Position numbers and translations under genes: made by a program. From Phyllobates terribilis (Eukaryota): a DNA stretch of 64,000 nucleotides. The number at the start of each line of letters is the position of its first letter. Positions within the stretch are counted from its first letter, which is position 1. The stretch spans positions 626,014,001-626,078,000 of the forward strand of contig NW_027362764.1 in the NCBI RefSeq assembly GCF_046119375.1, given 5' to 3'. Positions 13,511 to 25,442 of this stretch are shown in pieces. The notes beneath the pieces are model-generated. The model worked only from the letters and a program-made list of their open reading frames with translations. It did not search any database and was not told where the DNA came from.

Positions 13511-13961
13511 CATTCACTGCTTAGGCCAACAGTGCACAGGAGACCCAGTTGCTATAAATGGAAAAAAAGGTTTAGTTAAGGCCCTCTGACCTCCATGTCA
13601 TTTCCAAGGGGCATTGGAGTCCCTCGAAATTTTTGGTAGGCATTGCACTCACTGTATGCCCTATAACTGTGTAGCCGAACCGCTCCTTTTGTTACAGAAA
13701 CATATCCTACAAGACATATCTGGTTGACTGGCCTGATATTGATGTGAATGGTCCCTGTTCCTCCTGCTCTTTCTCCTTTGCCACTACCTCATCCATCATT
13801 TATCACCTGAAGCTTTGTTTTAACGGGAGTCATAGAACTTGATAGTAGCAGGAAAACATCCAGCAATCCTCGGAGGAGGTAGGATATGCGCCAAAACGCT
13901 GACCACCTCAGGCCTAGCCGCTACTACATACATGCTCTTGCATTCCAACAAAACAAAGCAG

Positions 13962-14288
13962 ATGCTAACTTCTATCATCCTCATCATGCTCCTCACCTTG
14001 GCACTCTCAACTCCCCTGATGGAGAAGCCAGGGCCCACCGGAGGAGTCTGGTTGTCTGGTGGGCTCGGCCAATGCTGCCCTAAAGCAGGCCAGGCTAAGA
14101 AAAGTGTGGGAAAGGTTACCGGGACAAATAGGGGTGGCTGGGGACCGAGTATGAACACCCGGCCGCCCCCTGGAGGCTGGGGAGCAAGCGGGGACATCCG
14201 GCCACCGGGCGGCTGGGGACTGAGTATGGATACCAGGCCGCCGACCCAGCCATGGCGTGGTGGCCAGATTCTGCCTCCACATGCCTAA
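13962..14288 (+). CDS. Putative 108-aa signal-peptide-bearing Gly/Trp/Pro-repeat ORF inside the hAT (copy A)
   Basis: Translation MLTSIILIMLLTLALS-TPLMEK...GQCCPK... followed by three in-frame GGWG(P/A/L)S(M/G)(N/D)(T/I)RPP repeats and TAA. A duplicate lies 847 bp downstream. Coding status is unproven. Confidence 0.4.
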   Translation: MLTSIILIMLLTLALSTPLMEKPGPTGGVWLSGGLGQCCPKAGQAKKSVGKVTGTNRGGWGPSMNTRPPPGGWGASGDIRPPGGWGLSMDTRPPTQPWRGGQILPPHA

Positions 14289-14808
14289 AAGGCCCAATTT
14301 AAAGTGCAAGCTAGCAAGCAGTATGGTATTGCAGCCTGGGGGTGGGTGGGTGGCAGGCTGCATACTTGCGCTTGCATTGCAAGGAATGGGAGAGGTACAA
14401 TTGAACACTGCCCTGGGACAAGGACTTGAACGGGGATAGTTGCAAGTCTGCAACGACAGGTGCAGGGTGGGAGGCATCTTCACTTGTACCATGAACAGGG
14501 GTTTGGCATGCACACACTACAGCGGAATAGGCTCTCCTTCCCACTAAATGCACTGGGGAGGGCACAGGTAATGTTTTGGTATACGCGCTTAATCTTATGT
14601 ATAAGGCACACCAGGACAAATAGGGGCGGCTGGGGACTGAGTATGGATACCTCGCTGCTGAAGCAGCCATGAGGTAGTGGCCAGCTTCGGCCTCCTCCAA
14701 ACTAAAAGGCCCCATTTCAAGTGCAAGCTAGCAGTATGGCATTGCAGTCTGGGGGTGGGTGGGTGGCAGGCTGCACACTTACACTTGCATTAAAAGAAAA
14801 CAAAGCAG

Positions 14809-15174
14809 ATGCTAACTTCTGTCATCATCATCATGCTCCTCACCTTGGCACTCTCAACTCCCCTGATGGAGAAGCCAGGGCCCACCGGAGGAGTCTGGTT
14901 CTCTGGTGGGCTCGTCCAATGCTGCCCTAAAGCAGGCCGGGCTAAGAAAAGTGTGTGGGGGGATGTTCCAAGGAGAAATAGGGGCGGCTGGGGACCGTTT
15001 ATGGACACCCGGCTGCCCCCAGGCGGCTGGGAACCGTGTGTGGACACCCGGCTGCGGGGCGGCTGGGGACCGAGCATGGACACCTGGCCGCCGGGCGGCT
15101 GGTGACTGAGTATGGATTCCAGGCCGCCAACGCAGCCATGACGTGGTGGCCAGATTCCGCCTCCAGATGCCTAA
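14809..15174 (+). pseudogene. Second copy (B) of the signal-peptide/GGWG-repeat ORF, with two premature TGA codons
   Basis: MLTSVIIIMLLTLALSTPLMEK... with four GGW repeats. GGA>TGA at 15103 and TGG>TGA further on; the same frame then ends at the homologous GCC TAA (15172-15174). Confidence 0.45.
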
Positions 15175-16089
15175 AGGGCCCAATTTCAAGTGCAAGCAAT
15201 CAAGCAGTATAGTATTGCAGCCTGGGGGTGGGTGGGTGGCAGGCTGCATACTTGCGCTTGTATTGCAAGGAATGGGGGAGGTACAATTGAACACTGCCCT
15301 GGGACTAGAACTTGCACGGGGATAGTTGTAAGTCTGCATCTTCTGATGCGGCAAGGATCACTTATGATGGGCGTCAGAGATGCTTCCAGGAGTCTTCCCC
15401 ATGCTGTTCCCATGTCTTTTCAGCACTTTATGCATGTGTCACACAGCACATGGCCAGATAAGGTTGTAAAATGTTAAAATGACATTTCCCGGTGAATGCA
15501 TTTGTCACAGTTGAAAGCAATACAAAAGTACAAAAACACATAAAAAATGCTACTTGTGAACATAGCCCAAGGTGTGGAGGAGTATTTTTGTTTTTGGTTA
15601 TTTATTTTACCTTATACACAAGTCTTTACCCTGGAAAAGAAATTCCTTAACATATTTCACAGGAAAAAAGTTTCAGTTTCGTTTTTGAATGTTTTATTGT
15701 GAGCCTGTAAAAGTGGCTTAATACCTCTGACCACGTTGTCGACAGCAGTGACCTGGGGGTCAGAAATGCTTCCTGGGGCAATCCCCATGCTGTCCCCATG
15801 TCATTTGAGCACTGTCACTATCGTTTTGGGCACTTGTTAGGCTTTTAAAAGACCGCAAAAATGCTCGGGTCTCCCATAGACTAACATTGGGCTCGTTGCT
15901 CGGGTTGAGCACCCGAGTATCACGGCGAGCTCGGCCCGAGCTTCGAGCACCCGAGCATTTTAGTGCTCGATCAACACTAGTATGTATCAATCTTAGTGCC
16001 CAAAAGGTTATGAATATTGTATTTATTCAATTTGGAGGTAAGACATAAAGCCATCTTAGGGGGTGGGTTAATTGCTATGTATACATTTA

Positions 16090-16220
16090 TTAAACAGCAG
16101 TACAGATATCTGTCTAATCATCCATTTATAACCAGAATTGTAAATATGAAAGGGTATAGCATGAACATGAGAATGGGTTGAATTAGATGGACATTTTTCA
16201 GCCTTACTAACTACTGTATG
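16090..16220 (+). mobile_element. CR1-type LINE 3'-end fragment
   Basis: GGGTTGAATTAGATGGACATTTTTTCAGCCTTACTAACTACTGTATG resembles the CR1 3' terminus (GGTTGAACTAGATGGAC...CAACC...TAACTATG). Confidence 0.55.
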
Positions 16221-17103
16221 CTTCTAGCTCAAGGATAAGAAAAAGCAATTAAATGGCAAGTCTCACATTTCTTATCTTTTGCTGCATTCCTTGTATGGCT
16301 CTGCAAAATGTATTGCCATATAAATAATAAACACCTATAGAAGTATTATTTAAATTACAATAGTTCTAAAAATGCAATAACCAGGCACTTTGCCAGATCT
16401 GAACAATGCAGAACTTTTTACTTTAATTTCCTTGTTAGTGAATATGCGTTTGTCTTCTGAATGATGCTATTTATCATAATACTTTACCAGTAATGTGTCA
16501 TAATATTGCTCATTTTGCTGGTACGTTTTGGGTGCTATTGTGAGAAGTAGGAATGCTTACACATCAGTGCACACCTACTAGTGATAATAATATAATAATA
16601 TTCAGTTTCATGCTGTAAAGTAAATAATTCATAATTTACATAAATAATGTATCCATAACCAGATGATAGGCAATATCTTGAAAGAAAAAACTTGAGGCGC
16701 AACCAAATTGGCACTGACTAAAATGGGATGTGAACTGTAAGAAATCATCAAGTTATTCACCATGAATGTCTCAAGTAGGTCTGTGTCAAGGATAACAGCT
16801 AGGGGGGTCACACAGATCACTGCCACCAGTTGTCAAGGATAACAACTGGGGAAGTCTTGCAGATCCCGCCACTATTACTATTTTGTCACAGATTACACCG
16901 GAAAAATCATGCAGATTCCACTGCTGTCATAAGTTTGTCAGGGGAACGCAACTTCGCTGCCTACAATAGTCAGGACAATTACGCAAGTGGCTGACGAGTA
17001 ATAGACTAAGCCGCAGCTGCTTCCGCTACGTACCAATTATTGGGGAACTCACAGTGAGCATATGGTATATACACTTCCAATTCCAATGCATGGAATATAT
17101 ATA

Positions 17104-18647
<1,544 letters not shown>

Positions 18648-18958
18648 TATATATATACCCCGCACGGACACTGTCAGCTCTACAATAACAGAAAAACTGA
18701 ACAACTGCTAGCTGCCACGACTAATTGTTTGTACAGGCCAATTGGACACCCGTTATAGGTAGCGTATGACTGCTTCAAATTTGTAGGAAAAACAAAACAA
18801 GAAAAAGTGGAAAATGCAGAAAAAATACAACAAAATAAGAGTCCATTGCTATTTTGTATTTTGTTACGGGGATCTGCAGAAAAAGCAGATTAGAAAAAGA
18901 GCAGCATTTTTTGCACATGGTCTTAAAAAACATGTACTATACAAATTTTTAATACCTA

Positions 18959-19712
18959 CACTGGTGAAAAAAAGTATTTAGTCAGCCACCAATTGTGCAA
19001 GTTCTCCCACTTAAAAAGATGAGAGGCCTGTAAATGACATCATAGGTAGACCTCAACTATGAGAGACAAAATGAGAAAACAAATACTGAAAATCACATTG
19101 TCTGATTTGGAAAGAAATTTTTTTCAAATTTTGGTGGAAAAGAAGTATTTGGTCAGTTACAAACGTTTATATCAGTACTTAAATATATATATCCTTTGTT
19201 GGCAATGACAGAGGTCAAACATTTTCAGTAAGTCTTCACAAGGTTGGCACACACTGTTGCTGGTATGTTGGCCCTTTCCTCCATGCAGATCTCCTCTATA
19301 GCAGTGATTTTTGGGGCTGTCGCTGGGCAACACGGACTTTCAACTCCCTCCAAAGGTTTTCTTTAGGATTTAGATCTGGAGACTGGCTAGGCCACGCCAG
19401 GATCTTGAAAATCTTCTTACGAAGCCACTCATTCGTTGCCATGGCGGTGTGCATGGGATCATTGTCATGCTGAAAGACCCAGCCACGTTTCATCTTCAAT
19501 GCCCTTGCTGATGGAAGGAGCTTTGCACTCAAAATCTCACGATACATGGCTCCATTCATTGTTTCATGTACACGGATCAGTCGTCCTGATCCCTTGGCAG
19601 AGAAACAGCCCAAAAGCATGATGTTGCCACCCCCATGCTTCACAGCAGGTATGGTGTTCTTTGGATGCAACTCAGCATTCTTTCTCCTCCACACGACGAG
19701 TTGTGTTTCTAC
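18959..19712 (-). mobile_element. Tc1-like transposon, catalytic half only, interrupted by hAT copy 2
   Basis: TA-flanked terminus CACTGGTGAAAAAAAGTATTTAGTCAGCCACC. The minus strand reads [20 protein letters not shown]...FQHDNDPMH...[15 protein letters not shown]. The other half is not found after the hAT. Confidence 0.92.
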
Positions 19713-20399
19713 TAGTGATGAGCGAGCATGCTCACTACTGCTCAGTGCTCGCCCGAGCATCTCAATACTCGAGAGTATTTCCGGGGTTGCTCGGCGTTAG
19801 ATCGGGTCCCCTCCCTGCATTTTTGGCCCTTTTTAGAGCGCCAATCAACAAGCAGAGATTGCCTGCCACTCACTGTAATGCCGTAGCCATCTTGGTTGTG
19901 GCATTACAGTGATTGGCTGGCCGCACAGCGCCATGGGGTCTATATCAGACCTGGCGCCGCCATGCTCGTCACAGTCACTCCGGAAACAGACAGTGTAGGG
20001 AGAGATGCTGCTGCGTCAGGACGAGATTTGCTTGTGTATTAGGTAGTGTAGGGAGAAAAACCATACATTACACATATCCATCTTAACAAACAGTCCTTTT
20101 GAGTACTAACTAATCCACCTGCAGAGATATCAGGCAGGCAGTGTATATAGGCAGGCAGGCCGAGTATATAGCAGACTGCAGTGCATATAGCACAAGAGGC
20201 TCCATTCCAATTCTGCCTTCTGCTGCTATTAGATATTTCTATACAAAGGTCCAGGTCTCAGGGGCCAGGAATACTTTTTATTGGATCTTAATCCTCATTA
20301 TTTGCTTAAAAAGCAATCCAGAGAACACCGTTTTTCTGCACCATTTGCTTTTTGGCACTGCAGAATACAGCCAGGTCCTTACCATATAACAGCACTAGA

Positions 20400-21200
20400 A
20401 ATCCAGTTATTAAAACTGTGTTTTCACCATCACACGGATCACATATACCTTTTCAGAAAATACTACCATTTTTGGCCTCCATTCCAATTTTTTTTCACTG
20501 TGTCATAGACATTTTTGACACCGGTTTGCTGTTCAAAATAGTCACCTACAGGCCAGGTATTTAAAACTCTGCTTTCTCCATCACACAAATCACATATACG
20601 TTGTCAGAAAATACTGCCATTTCTGGCCTCCATTAAAAATTTCCTTTAGTGTGTCAGTGAAGCAATTCACAGCAGTTTGCTGTTCAAACTACTTACCTAC
20701 TGGCCAGGTATTTAAAACTCTGTTTTCTCAGTCACACGAATCACATATAAGTTGTCAGAAAATACTTCCATTTCTGGTCTCCATTAAAAATTTCTTTCAG
20801 TGTGTCAGTGAAGCAATTCACACCAGTTTGCTGTTCAAACTACTTGCCCACAGGGCAGGTAATTAAAACTCTGTTTTCTCCATCACACGGATCACATATA
20901 CGTTGTCAGAAAATACTGCCATTTCTGGCCTCCATTAAAAATTTCTTTCAGTGTGTCAGTGAAGCAATTCACAGCAGTTTTCTGTTGAAACTACTTACCT
21001 ACTGGCCAGGTATTTAAAACACTGTTTTCTCTGTCACTCGAATTACATATACGTTGTCAGAAAATACTTCCATTTCTGGCCACCATTAAAAATTTCTTTC
21101 AGTGTGTCAGTGAAGCAATTCACACCAGTTTGCTGTTCAAACTACTTACCTACAGGACAGGTATTTAAAACTCTGTTTTCTCCGTCACACGGATCACATA
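20400..21200 (+). repeat. 151-bp tandem array in the hAT copy 2 5' arm, about 5 copies
   Basis: GTGTCAGTGAAGCAATTCAC recurs at 20651, 20802, about 20953 and 21104. Confidence 0.9.
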
Positions 21201-21261
21201 TAAGTTCGCTCCAAACTCAGTCATTTGAAGTGAGCGTGGAAGATACTGTCCTCCATTTAAA

Positions 21262-24200
21262 ATGGGCAAGGCACGTGGCGGGGAACTGGATGGGGAACTG
21301 GACGTGATGGTGCATGCAGAGGCCTAGGACAAGGCCGTGGGCAAGCTGAAATTGTGCCACGACAAACACCCACATCTTCTCGCCTGACCTTCCAGTGCAA
21401 ATTCCTAGGGGACCGCAGCACACCACTATTGAACCCAGAGCAGTGTCAAAAGGTTGTTGGTTGGATAGCGGATAATGCTTCCAGTCACTTAGCCACCACC
21501 ACCACCCTGTCTTCCACACGGTCAAGTCTCAGAAGCCGTGAGTCTAGACCGCATATTCCTCACCCTGATCCTCCTTCCTCCCACCATGCCGAGTGCCCAG
21601 AGACAAATGATCCCACACTTGGACATTCTGAAGAGCTGTTCACTTTTCCATTTATAGCTTCGGGCCTCTCGCCCGGTCCACTTGAAGCGGGGCAAGAGGA
21701 GATCGCGCGTAGCAAATCCCAAATATTTGAGCAGCCACGGTCACACGAAGGCGACGGTGGGAAAGTGTCACAAGCGGTGGACGATGATGAGACACAATTG
21801 CCAGAAAGTCAGGAGGAAGACCAGTGTGCAGAAGTGGAAGACGAGGTGGTGGATGATATAGTAACTGACCCAACCTGCCAGGAGGACATGCAGAGCGAGG
21901 ACAGCAGCACACAGGGGGAGGGAGGCAGAGCACCCCAACAGGCAGGAAGAAGCAGTGTGGTGGCCGCAGACAGAAGGCAGGCAACCATTCCCCGTAACGC
22001 CAACATGAAGGAAGTTGCCAGTACATCTGTTAGGTCTTCCCGAGTCTAGCTGTTTTTTAAGGACTCTGCCGATAACCCCAAAAAGGCCATTTGCACCACC
22101 TGCCAGGCCAGCATCAGCAGGAGTGGCAAAACGACCAGCCTAACCACCACCAGCATGATCAGGCACATGGCAGCAAAGCACCCGACTTTTTGGGCCGAAC
22201 CCCAGGGTCCAGGAGCAGAGTCTGCAGGTGGCACCATTGCTTCTTCCGCTGTTGTGCATGCAAGCCAATCCCCTGTCCATAGTGCATGCGAAGATGCCTC
22301 CTGCCCTGCACCTGTCATTGCACACTCTCAAGTAGCAGCATCAGGAAGCACGTCCATGTTCTTGTCCCAGCGCAGCGTTCAGTTGTCCATACCCCAGTCC
22401 TTGGAACGCAAGCACAAATATGCAGCCAACGCCCCACAGGCCACACTACTAAATTCTCACATTTCACGACTGCTTGCGCTCGAAATGTTGCCTTTTAGGC
22501 TCGTTGAGACGGCAGCATTCCTCAACCTGATGGCGGCGGCCGTCCCTTGGTACTCGGTCCCCAGCCACCACTATTTCTCCCGGTGTGCCGTCCCCACATT
22601 ACACAAGCACTTGTCCGAAAACATTAGCCGTGCCCTCAACAACGCAGTTACCGGGAAAGTCTACCTAACCACATGGACAAGTGCTTGTGGGCAGGGACGG
22701 TACATCTCGCTGACGGCACACTGGGTTAACATAGTGGAAGCTGGGACCCAGTCAGACCTTGGGACGGAACACGTCCTCCCGACGCCAATGATTGCAGGCC
22801 CTAGGTCAATCAGGGTTGCCCCCGCGGTCTACAGCTCCTGCACCTCATCCTCCTCAGCCTCCTCCTCCTCTTCAGCCTCCATCTCCGAAATGACCACATC
22901 AGTCACAAGCTTGAAGTACTGCAGCACTGCCTCGGCCATGCTGCAACAGGCTGTGCTGAAGCTAATATGCTTAGGTGACAAACCGCACAATGCTGAAGAG
23001 TTGTGGACAGCTCTGAAAGAACAGGCAGATCTGTGTCTCACACCGCTGAACCTACAGCCAGGCATGGTCGTGTGTGACAATGGCCGGAACCTAGTTGCGG
23101 TTCTGAGGCGAGGCGAGCTCACACGCGTACTATGCCTGGCCCATGTGCTTAACTTCGTGGCTCAGCGGTTTCTCAAATCCTACCCGGAGCTGCCGGATGG
23201 GCTTATTAAAGTTTGCCACCTGTGTGCCCATTTTAGAAAGTCAGCAACAGTTTCTGCCGCCCTTGCCATGTTTCAGCAGCATTTGCAGCTTCCGGCTCAC
23301 AGACTGGTGTGTGATGTCCCCACACGTTGGAACTCTTCACTGCAGATGTTGGGAAGGATTTGTGAGCAGAAGAGGGCAGTTGTTGAGTACCAGCATCAAC
23401 AAGGCCATCGGTATTCAGTTCAGACTCCACACATAAGACTTCAGGAGTGGACATGTATGTCAGTCATATGTACCATCCTCCAAAACTTTGAGGACTCCAC
23501 CAAGAAGGTGAGCATCGATGATGCCATAATTAGCGTCACCATCCCGCTTCTCTGTCTTCAGAAACGCTCTCTGCTCACAATCATAGAGGATGCATTGCAG
23601 GCGGAGCACGATGAGATGGAGCAAGGAACCATACAGGGTGATTACACACAGCCAGACCTCATCTCATCCCAACGTGGATTGGGGGACAATGAGGAAGAGG
23701 AGGAGGAAGGACAGGAGCTAGTTTCATGCACTATAGACGCTACTACCTGCACAGCTGTTATACCTTCTGTTCAGAGTGGATGGCCAGAGGACAGAGAGGA
23801 GGAGGAGGAGGAGGAGAGCATGGACAGTCATCCTCTTGGTGAGGACACGAAAATCTTGCCTGTTAGTAGTCTGGCACACATGGCTGAGTGTATGTTACGC
23901 TGCCTTTCCCATGACCCTCGCGTTCTCAAAATTTTGGGTGACAGTCATTACTGGTTGGTGACACTTCTAGACCCACGCTACAAGGAGAACTTTATATCTC
24001 TTATTCCTGAGGCGGACAGGTCTACAAAAATGGTGCTGTACCAGAAGGCCCTTGTTGCGGAACTGTTAAAAAAATTCCCATCTGAAAATGCTGGCGACAG
24101 AGGGCAAGGAGTACAGGTTAGAGAGACACATCTTCAATCCAGCAGAGGCAGGGGAACACTGTCAAAGTCCTGGGAGAGTTTTCTCAGACTCTCCCATCGC

Positions 24201-24525
24201 ACAAGCCCTCAGGTGTGGGGTACTCTCACAAGGAGTGCAAAGGTTGGGAAGATGCTGAGGGAGTACGTCCTCCATGATTCCGCTGTGCCTTATAATTATT
24301 GGGTATCCAAGCTGGATACGTGGAATGAACTGGCTCTCTATGCCTTGGAGGTCCTGGCCTGCCGTTTTAACAGAGCAGGTCTTTAGTGCTGCTGGTGGAA
24401 TTATAACTGATAAGAGCATCCGCCTGCCAACTGAAAATGTTGACAGGCTGACTCTTATAAAAATGAACAAGGGCTGGATTGGGACAGACTTCTCAACACC
24501 ACCAAATGATAGCAGTGTAACATAA
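21262..24525 (+). pseudogene. Disrupted hAT transposase of copy 2, including a 743-codon open stretch
   Basis: ATG GGC AAG GCA CGT start homologous to copy 1. There is an early frameshift, TAG at 22047, an open frame 22155-24386 and a frameshift near 24360 before the hATC tail. The first catalytic motif reads YLTTWTS rather than HLTTDTWTS. Confidence 0.92.
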
Positions 24526-24944
24526 ACTCAAATCCAGTGTTTTTTCTTGGGAGGTGTATTCCCATGCACCTTTTCACACCCACACATGGGTATACGCTTC
24601 CTGATTTTGGCTATTTGCTCTTGTCCTCCTCCTTCTACTCATCCTCCCTCACCATATCACCAGGGTGACCGTGGTCTGTGATGCAACACCCACATAATTT
24701 ATTTAAAGGGTGTTTATGATGCCCGTAAAAATTTTTTTTATACAGTATGTTCATGTATACCCCTCAGGGGTAAATGTTTGTCAGCCCATACACTTAGTGC
24801 ATGGGCATTACAAGTATAGGAGGCCCGCTCCTTTCTAATGGGAACATTTTTTTATGAGGCCCTCCTCCACGTCTCTTCCAAGGGGCATTGAAGTGCCGCC
24901 AAATTTTTGGCAGCCCTTGCATTCACTACATAGGCCAACACTAT

Positions 24945-25442
24945 GGGAGACTCTCTCCTTTCTAATGGGAATTTGTCATTACTGTGGCCCTGCTCTATGT
25001 GTCTTTAATTTCTTAGTGGGGTTTTTCCTAAAATTGGTCAGCCGTTGGACTCACTGCATACCCTATAACTGTATAGCAGACCCTCTCCTTTCTAATGGGA
25101 ACATGTCGTACCTTGTTACTGTGGCTCTGCTCTATGTGTCTTTAAATTCTTAGTGGGGTTTTTCCTAAAATTGGTCAGCCATTGGACTCACTGCATACCC
25201 TATATCTGTATAGCAGACTTTCTCCTTTCTAAAGGGAACATGTCGTACTTGTTACTGTGGCCCTGCTCTGTTTGTCTTTAAATTCTTAGTGGGGTTTTTC
25301 CTAAAATTGGTCAGCCGTTGGACTCATTGCATGCCCTATAACTGTATAGCAGACTCTCTCCTTTCTTAATGGAATTTGTCGTTACTGTGGTCCTGCTCTA
25401 TGTGTCTTTAAATTCTTAGTGGGGTTTTTCCTAAAATTGGTC
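24945..25442 (+). repeat. About 130-137-bp tandem array in the hAT copy 2 3' arm, about 4 copies
   Basis: TCTCCTTTCT recurs at 24954, 25084, 25221 and 25357. Confidence 0.88.

Larger units (their letters stand above)
5699..15979 (+). mobile_element. End-to-end hAT DNA transposon (10.3 kb), BED-finger transposase, copy 1
   Basis: Termini TAGTGTTGA...TCAACACTA. Perfect 8-bp TSD GTATGTAT at 5691-5698 and 15980-15987. Subterminal CTCG/CGAG repeats and an internal hAT transposase are present. Confidence 0.95.
19713..25442 (+). mobile_element. hAT transposon copy 2, right end missing
   Basis: Left terminus TAGTGATGAGCGAG and a 5' arm homologous to copy 1, followed by transposase and a 3' array. 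No right TIR and no second copy of the expected TSD GTTTCTAC. Confidence 0.92.
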
